A DNA stretch of 64,000 nucleotides from Azolla caroliniana (taxonomy: Eukaryota > Plantae > Polypodiophyta). A program made the position numbers and the translations under genes. The notes beneath the pieces are model-generated. The model ran no database searches and had not been told where the DNA came from. It worked only from the letters and a program-made list of their open reading frames with translations. This document shows positions 25,427 through 37,673 of the stretch, one piece after another. The stretch's first letter is position 1, and each line of letters opens with the position of its first letter. The stretch is taken from NCBI GenBank assembly GCA_043228905.1, contig JBHGNT010000007.1, positions 5,208,001 to 5,272,000 on the forward strand, given 5' to 3'.

Positions 25427-26111
25427 ATTTGAACCCATTTTGGTCGATCTTCCTTTCCTCCTTTTCCTTTTATCTTCTTATTAATCCTTTTATCCTCCCT
25501 AGTAAAATGGAAACTGTTAGCGCTCAGGAATACCAATCTGTTTTCTCGGAGCTCCAGTGCTTAAAAGAGAAATTTGTAGCACTAGAACAAGAAAATCATC
25601 GCTTGTTGGGGGATCTTCAACAAATAGCGTTGGAAAAACAACAACAACACGGGGAGCTGACACTACGTGTACAACAACTCGAAGCGACTATCATATCATC
25701 ACAACAACAAGGATCAAGCACTCAAGGGATTCACAAAGAACCCAAGATCGGTCTTCCTGCAAAATTTGATGGGACCCGATCACAGTTTAGAGGGTTTTTG
25801 AATCAGGTATGTTTAGTGATACAAATGCATCCTTCTCGATATCCCACCGATGCATCACGAGTGGGACTAGTAGGCACTCTCCTTAGTGGCTCAGCGTTAG
25901 CATGGTTTGCTCCATTGTTGGAAAAGGATTCTCCATTATTAAACAATTTTGAAGAATTTATAAGTGAGTTTAAGGCCTGTTTTGGAGATACTGACAGAAT
26001 AAGGACTGCAATCAACAAAATCCGGCGATTACGCCAAGGTGATTGTCCAGCTTCCGCATACGTTGTAGATTTCCGCCTACTCGCTGCCGATATCCCTTGG
26101 GATGATCACGC

Positions 26112-26729
26112 TGTCGTGAAGAAAACTGTCCACGAGCGGAATCGGCTCTTCATGCACGTACGCCTTGTGATATACATAAGAGAGAATTAGGGACATGGAA
26201 GATCCTCGGTAGGTAGGAAGTTAATAGGAAACGGCTCCCTTCTTGCCTATAAAAGGAGGGAGAGGAGGAGGAAGGGGATCGCGGAGAGTTGAGGACGAAG
26301 TGCTGTCGGTTTTGTGGGTCGGAGGCTTCTCTCTCTCTCTCTCGCTCGCAAACTCCGTAGCTTCTTGCTGTGCAGGTTTCGGGAGGCTCGCGTTGCTCTG
26401 AGGAATGCCCGAGTGCTTCCGGCAGCACCTCCAACCTACTCTTTCCTTTCTGTGCGTTTACGAACAGGCATCGGCATCTGTTCGCCGGCCTGTTCGGTTG
26501 TAACCAACTTCGTGCTTCTTGTTGTTTGTCTCTGTTAATATATACATACATACCTTCGTGTCTCTCTGTGTTGGTTTCCCGCTCGCGTCTTCGTGTCGAA
26601 GGGCCGTGTCCCTGTGGATCTACGCTCGCACCTAGTGGGTCTCTTCCCTTCTCCTTTCTCTCTTGCTCTTCGGTACAAGACCCCCGAGGTCCCGCCTCAT
26701 TCCACGCATCCGCGAGGAATAACTCGACA
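26112..26729 (+). repeat. 5' LTR of element C
   Basis: 618 bp. Differs from the 3' LTR by about 8 substitutions and indels of 22, 3 and 4 bp. Confidence 0.95.
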
Positions 26730-26732
26730 TCT

Positions 26733-26750
26733 TGGTGAACCCGACGTGAA
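26733..26750 (+). promoter_or_regulatory. Primer binding site of C, complementary to tRNA-Trp
   Basis: TGGTGAACCCGACGTGAA is the reverse complement of TTCACGTCGGGTTCACCA, the 3' end of plant cytosolic tRNA-Trp(CCA) as recalled. Confidence 0.85.
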
Positions 26751-26772
26751 GGAGGTGGCAGAAGAGCAGAAG

Positions 26773-28900
26773 ATGAAGGGGTCGGATCTTGCGGAGGCCA
26801 TGGCTTCGGCCGTGGATCGGATATTGAGCGCACGCGAGGGCACCGGCGCCCTCGACAGAGCCATTGAGGTGGTCGTCGGTACGATCGGCCGGTTCAGCGG
26901 AAAGGATGGCACGAAGTATTTGGCGTCCTACGGGGCAAAAATGATGATGCGGGACATTCCGGAAGAGAGGCGTCTTGCCGGGTTTCCTCGAGTGGCGATG
27001 CCGAGCATCCATGCGGAGGTGCTCGAGGTGCGGGCGGAGAGCCGTACCTGGGAGGAGTTCGAAGGCCGACTCCTAGAAAAATACGGGCTGGACGACGCAC
27101 TTCAGCTTTCGAAACGAGACTTCATGGAATGGGTGGAGTCCCTCGGCAAGGGAAGAAATGCATCGGCACTCCTCCGGGAGTTCGAAGAACGCTTTGTGCG
27201 CCTTTCGGCGCTTGACCGAACTGTTCTGGATACTAGCCGGGTCCTACTGTTCGTCAAGTCGGTGGACGAGCGGGACCGGGATCAAGTCGGCTCCTTGCTG
27301 GAAACCGAAGACGGGATGATGACCGACTAGGCTGCGGTTAAGAGAGTCTGTGGCCGTTTCGACAAACGGCGAGAATGGGCTGACAACGGGGCGGCTGGTG
27401 CGGGCTCTGTCACAACAAAGAGGCTTGAACCGGCACCGCAAGGGCGAAGGGAAGAAACCCGGGAATGGCTCAAAACCGATCCGGCTTCGACCGGCATGGT
27501 CAGTGGCTCGTCCGGAGGAGCAACGCAAGAGGAGTTGACGCGGGCGATAAAGTATCTCCAGATCGCCCAGACTTGAAGGGAAGGCGGCAAACCGACTCGT
27601 GACCGACGACCGGAAGCAGGGAACAGGTGCATGTGGTGCGACAAGGTTGGCCACATTCGGAAGGACTGCGGCGATTTCGCAGAGGTGTTGACGAAGCAGG
27701 TGGTGTACCTATGGGAAGGCTGGATGCATGCCAGCGATACCAGAAGGGCCCTAAACCGAAACGACGGGCGAGGAGATATGAAGAGACTGATGGAAGAGGC
27801 AGCGGCCCGACACGTGGAGGCCATCCACTACTCGGCGTCGGCCGGTATTCGGGTCGGGGGCAACGAGGCCCGAAAGGAGAGCAAAGATGGATTCTGGTCG
27901 GCAATGCTGTAAAGGCCTCGCCGGCGCACGGTTGAGGAAAGATGAAACGGATTGCGCTGAGAGACAGGTCCGGGAAATAACCGGGTGGAGCGATCCGGTC
28001 GAGGAGAAGACGGGCTTCGTAGAAGTCGCCTACCGGAACTACGAGGCTCTGGTAGAAGACAAATGAGTGGGGAAAGCCGGAGCGGTCGGGCCCTCACAGC
28101 GGTACGAGACCCGATTCGGGCAACGACGGAACGATGTCGGTGGGTCCAGCTCGCAAGATAACCCCAGGAAGGGCGGATACCGACTGGGGACGGAAATAGA
28201 AAGAACCACGGACCTACAAAAGGTCCTAGAAGAACGGCTCCTCGACAGCAAAGTGGAGTTGTTATTGCGGGAGGTGCTAGGGATCGCCAAGAAGGAGTTC
28301 CACGACTCCATTGTAGACTTGGTGAAACGAAAGAGGTTGTCGACGGAGACGGAACCGGAAAGACCGGTGGAGGTGCGGACGACACACATCGACGACTTAG
28401 CGCTGGAAGATGAGTGGGCGGAGAGCCACTATTCGAGGCCACACTGGGCCCAAGCGACCACGGAGACCCCGATAAAGATCGAAGAGGTTCAAGAACCGGT
28501 GGTAGCACTGGTGGACCACGGTTCGGAAATAAACCTGATGTCCGTGGACTTCTATAAGAAGGGAAAATGGCCGATCAACACCAAGCACGGGTGGAAGATA
28601 CGGGCGACGACGCGCGCCACCGAGGAACTGCACGGGGCCTGCCCGAATGTGCGAGTCAAGATCGGCGACGTCGAGATTGACCAACACTTCTTCGTACAGG
28701 AGACGTCCTCGCATCCGGTCATTTTAGGGGAACCATACATCACGGCGGCGAGAATGGAGACCAAAGTGCTGGACAACAGTTCGGCCTACGCGAGGGTCAA
28801 AAGCCAGGACGGGCGCCATTCGGTCCAATTTTTGACGGTGCAGCCGAACCACGAGCGAAACTGCGAATCCCTTGGTGGCGAGAACCAGGAGGATTTTTAG
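26773..28900 (+). pseudogene. Element C gag-protease ORF
   Basis: Gag with the knuckle CMWCDKVGHIRKDC, then protease LVDHGSEINLM...VILGEPY. Broken by point stops and a 1-bp insertion near 27910. Ends GAT TTT TAG at 28900. Confidence 0.85.
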
Positions 28901-31900
28901 AGAGGGCTGCCAAGGCGTGGGGCCGAGACAGTTCGGACACTCGGGAAAGACCCCACAGCTGTACGATAGAACCGAAACCGAAGAAACCCTGTACAGTAGG
29001 AAGAAAATTTTGCTTCTCCAACAAAGGAGGGTGTATGATAGTCGGCATCGTTGGCCGAGAAAAGGCAAGGGCGGAGGAGCGACTTCGAGCGTGCGGAGTT
29101 CTCGGCCCAGACGAGGAAATTAGCGGAGCCGTGGAGGCGGTTTCCTTCGACGACACCTTGGGGATGCTGAGGAAGGTAGCCAGAGAAGACCTTAACGAAG
29201 ACCGGACGATACCGGTATGTTCCGAAGAGATGTACGAAGTCATCGCGAGCTTCAGTCAGGGGCTCGGGTCGGACCAGACGGCCCGAGTTAGCACGAAGTA
29301 CAAGTCTGTGGTCCGGAAGGTAAGGCCCGTCGCGGCACCCTTGCCGGAGGGCAGCGAGTCCCGAATCAGAGGGGTTGCATCGGACCCCAGTTTGCGAGAT
29401 CCGGTCTGCATAGGACACACCTTCACTGACGGGACGCTCCGGGAGCTCAAAATCGATGGGGGCGGGTTCCTACTGCCGGCGGAGGAAGACCGGTTTCGGA
29501 GAATGCTCGGAAGGCACGGGAAAGCCTTCGCATTCTCGCCGGAAGAGATCGGGTGCGTAGACCCGACAATCGTGGAGCCGATGGTGATATTCACGGTACC
29601 GCATGTGCCGTGGAATCTCAAGCCGATTCCGGTACCGAGAGCTCACATCCCGAAATTGATGGAGCTATTGAGGCAGAAAGTCGATATGGGCATTCTCGAA
29701 CCGTCAAGTGCCCCATACTTGAACCGATGGTTTACCGTACCAAAGAAAAACGGAACATTGCGCTTCATTCAAGACCTGCAGCCGGTCAACAGAGTGACCA
29801 TTCGGAACGCAGGAATCGGACCGACCATAGACGAGTTCGCGGAGGCCTTCGCCGGAAGGTCGATTTACTCGGTCGGTGATCTGTACTCGGGGTACGACCA
29901 GTTCCAGCTAGCCGTGGAGAGTAGAGACATTACGACGATGCGAACTCCCCTCGGCCTAGTGCGAATGTGTACCCTGCCACAAGGAGGGACCAACTCGGTG
30001 GCCCACATGGTGAATGCAATGAACAAGGTACTGAGGGATTGCATCCCGGACATCACCATGCCGTTTCTAGACGACATCCCGATCAAGGGGTGCCCGGTGG
30101 AAGAGAAGGACGAGACACTCGGGCCGGACGGATGTCGGCGATTCATGGCAGCACACATCGACGACTGCGAGAAGGTGCTACAAAGGCTAGAGGATGCGAG
30201 GCTCACCTTCTCCGAGGAGAAATCAGCCTTCGGGCAATCAGAAATCCTGGTGGTCGGACACCTATGTGGACCATATGGCCGGAAGCCGTCTCCGGCAAAG
30301 GTAGAAGCCATCTCCGCGATGAAGACCGACTGTAGCTCGGTTACGGAAGTTCGGAGGTTCCTGGGGGCATGCGCTTTCTACCACATATGGATCCCTCATT
30401 ACGCCCACGTTGCGGAGCCGCTATACGGGTTGCTGAAAAAGGGGCGAAAATTCGAGTGGCGAGACGAGCACACGGAGTCGGTCCGGAAGCTAAAGGAAGC
30501 TCTTGTGGCAGCACCGACGCTCCGGAAGGCTGTCTACGAGAAGAGTACCCCGATATACATAACGGTGGATACGAGCCCGACCGAGATCGGATGGGTCGTC
30601 AACCAAGAAGACGAGGACGGCACCCGGTTCCCGATCCGATTCGGCGCAAAGGTCCTCAGTGAGCGACAGCGAGGGTACGCCCAGGGTAAATGCGAACTCT
30701 GGGGTATCGTTTCGGTAGTAAAGGCCGACAAAGACTACCTGATTGGGACAGAAGTGATTATCGAGACGGATTGCCTGCCAATTCTCGGCATGGTTTCCGG
30801 ATGCGCGACACCGGACCTGGCGATGCTCAGGTGGATAGCGTACATCAAGTCCCTGGACCCGGAAATACGACACATTTCCGGAAAAGACAATGCCATGGCC
30901 GACATGCTTTCGAGGGCGAGGTTTGATGACGAGGGCGGCATGGTTTCGGAGGACGAAGAAGTCGGCGTGGACTTCTTCGGAGCAGCGTACGTGACGACCA
31001 ATGGGACGAGCACTCCGACACTTAACGACTTCGACGAGAGCAAGTACGACGGCGAGTGGCTACAGATCGGTGGGTTTTTGAGGACAATGACGTCGGACAC
31101 GTCATGGACGAGGGACGAGGCCAACCAGATCCGGAAGAAAGCATACTGATTCTTTCTCTGGGACGGATACTTATGGAAGCACCCGAAGAAGAGGAACGGC
31201 GTCCCGCTCCGGGTGGTGGCGATGAAGGAAAAACAGGAGGAGCTACTGACGGCCTACCACGACAGCCCCTGGGCTGGACACCGTGGGACGTGGGCCACGT
31301 TCGAGAAGATAAAGGGGAAGTACTGGTGGCCGGGACTGTACCGGGACGTGCATCGGTTCGTGACAACTTGCGAGAGCTGTCAGATGCACTCTATAGTCCG
31401 ACATCGGGCGAGCTTCACCCTACGTATCCTCCGACCATCCACTTCAAATGGATGGTAGATCTGGTGACGATGCTGATGGGAGTAGGACAGATGCGGTATC
31501 TGGTCCTGGCTCGGGAAGATCTGACGAACCAGGTGGAAGGCCGAGCCCTTCAGAACAAAACGACCACGGCCGTATGTCGGTTCCTGATCCAGGACATGAT
31601 ATGCTGGTACGGGTGCGTCGGGAAGATCATGGCTGATCGCGGGGAGTTGGACGCCGAAGAGGCCGAGGAGCTGTTCGGCCGGCTAGGAGTCAAGCTCTCG
31701 CTTACCACTGCGTACAATCCGGAGGCGAATGGGAAGGTGGAGCGCGGACACGGACCGATCGTCAAGGCGTTAGTTCGGGCATGCGGAGGTCAAGTCGGGA
31801 ACTGGCCGCGGCTGCTGCCTTACGCGTTGTGGGCTGACCGAACTACGCACAGTTCGGTAACCGGATTCATGCCGGCAGAGCTCATGTTTGGGCAGAAGCC

Positions 31901-32393
31901 GATCATGCCGATGGAACGTACGATCTCCTCATGGGCAACCGTGGACTGGAGAGACGAGATGAGCCGGGAGGAACTATTGGCGGCACGCATATGACAGCTC
32001 GAGTGAAGGCTGGAGGACATGGAGCAGGTTGCGGGAAAGCTTCGGGTGGCAAGGACGAGGAACAAAGCCCGGTTCGACCGAACGCACCGGCTCCGACCAA
32101 AGAAGATCAAGGAAGGCGATTGGGTGCTAGTCTACGACAGCAGCCTCGACAACCAGCACCGAGCGACACGGAAGTTCGCAAGAAGGTGGTTCGGGCCTTA
32201 CGTGGTCCAAAGCGCCAACGACAACGGGACGTACCATCTAGCGGAACTCGACGGCACGAGAATGGCAATACCGGTAGCTGGGAAGCGGATCAAAGCGTTC
32301 AAGAAGCGTCACGACGATGAGCCGGATCCGGTTAACCTGGACCGGAACGACGAACGATCCGAAACCGAGGAAGAACCGACGGGCGGGGAATGA
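28897..32393 (+). pseudogene. Element C pol (RT, RNase H, integrase)
   Basis: LRFIQDLQPVN, FLDDIPI, TVDTSP, HDSPWAGHRG...CESC, TTAYNPEANGKVERGH, WFGPY. Few disruptions and no chromodomain. Confidence 0.92.
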
Positions 32394-32466
32394 AGGCTGG
32401 ACCGGTTTTCTCCGTCCCAACTCAATTTGGCGCATGCCGGTGGATGCGCGGTTAGGTGGGGGCGGA

Positions 32467-33113
32467 TGTCGTGAAGAAAACCGTCCACGAGCGGAATCGG
32501 TTCGCCGGAGCATAGGAACCGGCTCTTCATGCACGTACGCCTTGTGATATACATAAGAGAGAATTAGGGACATGGAAGATCCTCGGTAGGTAGGAAGTTA
32601 ATAGGAAACGGCTCCCTTCTTGCCTATAAAAGGAGGGAGACGAGGAGGAGGAAGGGGATCGCGGAGAGTCGAGGACGAAGTGCTGTCGGTTTTGTGGGTC
32701 GGAGGCTTCTCTCTCTCTCTCTCTCTCGCTCGCAAACTCCGTAGCTTCTTGTTGTGCAGGTTTCGGGAGGCTCGCGCTGCTCTGAGGAATGCCCGAGTGC
32801 TTCCGGCAGCACCTCCAACCTACTCTTTCCTTTCTGTGCGTTTACGAACAGGCATCGGCATCTGTTCGCCGGCCTGTTCGGTTGTAACCAACTTCGTGCT
32901 TCTTGTTGTTTGTCTCTGTTAATATATACATACATACCTTCGTGTCTCTCTGTGTTGGTTTCCCGCTCGCGTCTTCATGTCGAAGGGTCGTGTCCCTGTG
33001 GATCTACGCTCGCACCTAGTGGGTCTCTTCCCTTCTCCTTTCTCTCTTGCTCTTCGGTACAAGACCCCCGAGGTCCCGCCTCATTCCACGCATCCGCGAG
33101 GAATACCTCAACA
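32467..33113 (+). repeat. 3' LTR of element C
   Basis: 647-bp direct repeat of 26112-26729. Confidence 0.95.
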
Positions 33114-33648
33114 ACGCATTGATGGAGCAATTCCATTATGGCTTACGCAACAATGTCAAGGATTTACTCTTGACCTTCCCCGAAGAGCCAAAGTCATTAA
33201 CAGAAGCAATTAGTCGCGCGGTGAGATGCGACAACCGCCTCTTCGAACGACGTTCGGAAGGACAATTCCAGATTTCGAGGGCAAGATCAGAGCCTACCTA
33301 TGCCTCAGTGGTAGCGAAACCTTTTCCAAGGGAGTCATATAATGCGCCCCCAGCAAGTACTCCAACTCCGATGGAAATTGACACCACATGTCGTCATGGA
33401 CCGCTATCGAAAGAAGAAAAGCAACGACGTTGAGCAAACCGACCATGTCTTTATTGCGGTGGACCAGGGCATATCGCGGTAAACTGTCCCCATAGGCCAA
33501 GAAGGCAGGTAAACCAAATAGTTGCTAGTTCTAATTGTACTAAACCCGAGTCTTGTTCAGTAGGGATATCTGATAGTCCTAATAGTACTAATAGCCCAAA
33601 TCTAGCGAACAAATTTGATGTCCTTAGTCAGTTAGAAGAAGAGTTAAA

Positions 33649-36600
33649 CGACTAAGTCCAGCCAAAATACGAGTCGTTTGGTTGGACAACCCTAGATCTG
33701 TGCAGCCCATTAGTGGTTCCATTCCCTCTAAGCAAGTTAGTGATGTGTTCATAGCCCAAGTAATAGTTAGTACTTCTAGATTCCGGAGCTAATTCTTGCT
33801 TCATGGATAGGAAATTTGCCCAAGCTCATCAGATATCTCTCAGAAAACTCCCGTGTCATGCCCTTGTAGTAGTCGTCGATGGTCATCCCATTGCCTCAGG
33901 AAATATCATAGAAGAGTCGGAGCCCGTTAATGTTGTCCTAGATAATCTAGCATGTGTCATATCATTTAATATAATTAGCATCCCAGAACACCCCACTGTC
34001 TTAGGATTACCATGGTTCGAATTACATAACCCAGCCATAGATTGGCGGACAAGAGAAATCCGGCATCGAAAAGCCCGAGGGTCTACTCATGAGATTGCAA
34101 CGATTTCACTACATCAGTTGCGTGAGGAAGGATGCAAGGAAGAAATGTTCCTCTTCGCAATATCAGTAAACCCCTCCAGCACCACTAAAGAGGATTCCAC
34201 TGTTCAACTTCCAGAGAAGTATCATCAGTATGCCGATGTGTTTGATAAAGTACAAGCCAGTACGCTTCCTCACCATCGACCATATGATTGCCCCATCGAT
34301 TTACAACCGGGGAAAGAGCCACCTTGGGGACCGATCTACAATTTGTCACCAACCGAACTGGAAGTCCTTTGAGCCTATATAGAGGAGAATTTGGAGAATG
34401 GTTTCATACGACATTCGAAATCTCCAGCCGGCGCACCCATTTTCTTAGTCAAGAAAAAGGATGGCTCACTTCGGCTCGTTGTAGATTATCGTGGCTTGAA
34501 TAAGGTTACAATCCGAAATAGGTATGAACTCCCCCTTATCTCAAGTCTTTTAGAACGGATCAATGGTGCCAGGTTCTTCACGAATATCGACTTACGGGGA
34601 GCCTATAACCTCGTACGGATCCGACCAGGAGATGAATGGAAGACCGCGTTCCGCACCAGATATGGGCACTTCGAGTATACGGTCATGTCGTTCGGCCTCA
34701 CTAATGCGCCAGCAGTCTTCCACCACATGGCAAATGATATTTTCCGAGATCTCCTGGATGTGTGTCTAATCATCTATTTGGATGATCTACTGGTTTACTC
34801 GAAGACCCAAGAAGAGCATGATTCTCATGTACTATTAGTACTAAAATGACTTCAAGAACATGGTCTCTATGCAAAGCTGGAAAAATGTAGTTTCGGGTGC
34901 AACCAGGTGGAATTTCTCGGCTATGTCATTTCCTCAGAAGGCATCTCCATGAACCCAGCTAAGGTCAAAACGGTGGTAGAATGGCAGACTCCGCGTTCGG
35001 TGCGGGATGTGCAATGCTTTCTAGGCTTTACCAATTTTTACCGGAAGTTTATAAAGGATTACTCAAAGCTCGTTTTGCCTCTTACACAACTTACTAGGAA
35101 GGGACAATCGTTCGTTTGGTCTGAAGAAGCAGACATGGCTTTTGAGAATCTTAAACAAGCATTTACATCAGCTCCGATTCTAGCTCACATTGATCCAGAA
35201 AAACCATTCATCATCGAAGCGGACGCATCGGATTTTGCATTGGGAAGCATTCTATCACAACGAGGTAATGATGAAAAGCTACATCCTGTGGCTTTTCACT
35301 CACGCAAGTTTGACGCCGCCGAAATCAACTACGAAATTCATGATAAAGAGCTATTGGCTATAGTGGACTCTTTTATGCAATGGAGGCATTTTCTAGAGGG
35401 ATCTTCTCATCAAGTCACTGCATTCAGTGACCACAAAAACCTCGCCTATTTTCAAGACGCTCGTGTATTAAATCGACGTCAAGCTCGGTGGGCCCATTTT
35501 CTCACGCGTTTCGACTTCAAGATTACATATCGACCTGGGAAACATCAAGGGAAAGCAGATGCATTATCACGACGTTCGTACCTAGCACGGCGTCCCGACG
35601 AGCCAACTTTCGATAACCAAAAGCAAGTAATCTTGGGACCGGCATGACTGCAAGCAACACAAGTCTTTGGCATGCCCATGGATTCCCACGTTATCGATAT
35701 CATACGTACGGACCTAAAGACAGATGCTTTCGCCCAAGCTATACTAGCACAAATTGATCCCTCTCGAGCGTCGTGTTCATAGTCGCAACCACCAGGTACG
35801 GACTATCGGCAATTCAGATACCATGATGGATTACTCTTCTTTAAAGAACTTTTGTATGTTCCTAATGGTTCTTCCCGCCTTCAAGTAGTAGAAAACTATC
35901 ATGACACATATACATCTGGGCATTTTGGTAGTACTAAAACATTAGATTTAGTACAACGATCATTCTGGTGGCCCCGTATGCGACAATTTGTCGAAGATTT
36001 TGTTCGGACTTGTGACACATGTTGCAGAGCGAAAATGCCAAGGCATCATCCATATGGTTTATTAGAACCATTACCAATTCCAAGCAAGCCGTGGCAATCC
36101 ATTGCTCTAGACTTCATCACAGATCTTCCAGTCTCTAAGGGGTTCAATGCGATTCTAACAGTGGTAGATCGATATACGAAGATGGCTCATTTTTTGCCAT
36201 GTACTAAGGAAATCTCCAGTGAAGACACCGCCGAAATTGTCATGCGTGAAGTATGTCGACATCATGGACTTCCCGATAGTATCGTCAGCGACCGTGGACC
36301 CCAGTTCATGTCAAAATTCTGAAAGCACCTTTTTAAAATGCTCAAGGTCACTTGTAACCTCTCCTCCGGCTACCACCCACAAACCGACGGCCAAGCCGAA
36401 CGAACAAATCAAACGCTGGAGCAATACCTGCGGTTCTTTCTCATCTATCATCAGGATGACTGGGCAGATATTCTCCACTTCGCCGAATTTGCCTATAATA
36501 ACTCTATCCACGCATCGACTAAAGTTACGCCATTTTATGCTTATACGGGATGTCACCCCCGGTGGTGTGTACTTGAAACCCTAGAGGTGTTCACAAATCC

Positions 36601-37199
36601 TTGTGTGGAGGATCGTTTGGAGTGGTTACGCAAGATACAAGCGGATTTATCTACTCATCTCCAACAAGCTCAACAAACACACAAGGTTTATGCGGATCGT
36701 CATCGACTCCCATCTAGTTTTAACATTGGAGATCGGGTATGGCTACTCCGACGACACATCAAGACTACTCGCCCATGCGAGAAGTTGGATTATCAGCGAT
36801 TAGGTCCTTTCGGTATCATAGGAAAGATTAATGATGTCGTTTTTTGTCTCCATCTACCTCCACAACTTCGGATACATCCGGTGTTTCATAGTTCTCTCCT
36901 TGAACCCTATCAAGAGAGCACCATCCCAGGACGTATTACATAGCCTCCACCCCCGATCGAGCTTGAAGATGGACCTGAGTACGAGGTTGCCGCCATCCTT
37001 GATTCCAAGATTGTTCGCAACAAGCTCTACTATCTAGTCGATTGGCTAGGATATAGTCCCAGTGAGCGTACTTGGGAACCGATAAAGAATGTCACCAATG
37101 CTCGTGCACTTCTTGAAGACTTCCATCATCAATATCCAGACAAATCGGGTCCTCAATCCAAAACGACTCGTTACACTCGTCGTTTTAAAAGGGGGATAG
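33649..37199 (+). pseudogene. Element B pol (PR, RT, RNase H, integrase, chromodomain)
   Basis: LLDSGANSCFMD, YLDDLLV, EADASDFALG, GHFG...CDTC, DFITDLP, LGPF, and the chromodomain EYEVAAILDSK...YLVDWLGYSPSERTWEP at ~36975-37140. Several CGA/CAG/TGG-derived stops. Confidence 0.93.
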
Positions 37200-37490
37200 T
37201 GTCATGATATGGCAAGACTCGAACCCATGACCTTATGCTACATGGGTCGAGCTCTTGACCATTAGACTATACATTGTAATACGTAAAATATTATTTTCAT
37301 TTATATTTTATAATAGAAAATTGATGTATATTCCAGATTTCTCTAGAACATTCTAGAAACTTCAGGAGTATTCCTTAGAACACTATAAAAGGAGGCACGA
37401 GGCATTATTTCGAACCAAATCGGTTTAACGCCATTCTTAAGCCTCATAGCTACTATTGTACATTCTCTTCACATAATATATATCTTTTCT

Positions 37491-37566
<76 letters not shown>

Positions 37567-37673
37567 CCTCCCTCTCACTCACTCTTTCCTTCTCTCGAGA
37601 GTTCTTCACCTCTCTTAGTACTAATACTTCTTTTAGTACTAATTCCTTCTCTGTCTTAGTACTGTTCCTGACA
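37200..37673 (+). repeat. 3' LTR of element B
   Basis: 474-bp direct repeat of 24982-25426 with a longer (CT)n tract. Confidence 0.95.

Larger units (their letters stand above)
26112..33113 (+). mobile_element. Full-length Ty3/Gypsy element C (non-chromovirus), youngest insertion
   Basis: LTRs 26112-26729 and 32467-33113 (TGT...ACA), 4-bp TSD ACGC (26108-26111 and 33114-33117), PBS 26733-26750, PPT ~32452-32466. Confidence 0.95.
25507..33655 (+). pseudogene. Element B gag, split by element C
   Basis: 25507-26111 (KFDGTRSQFRGFL...LRQG) rejoins at 33118 (WDDHALMEQFHYGL). Then PTPMEID, zinc knuckle CLYCGGPGHIAVNC, and stop TAA at 33653-33655. Confidence 0.9.
24982..37673 (+). mobile_element. 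Full-length chromoviral Ty3/Gypsy element B (Tcn1/fungal-chromovirus-like), inserted in gag of A
   Basis: LTRs 24982-25426 and 37200-37673 (TGTCA...TGACA), TSD AAGAG/AGGAG, PPT AAAAGGGGGATAG at 37187-37199. Removing B restores A's gag frame (RDLFVQNF). Confidence 0.95.

Noticed and set aside
26593-32573. Numerous antisense and alternate-frame ORFs within element C
   Set aside because: These are expected shadow ORFs of GC-rich coding sequence. There is no sign of an env-like or extra gene, and integrase ends about 75 bp before the 3' LTR.
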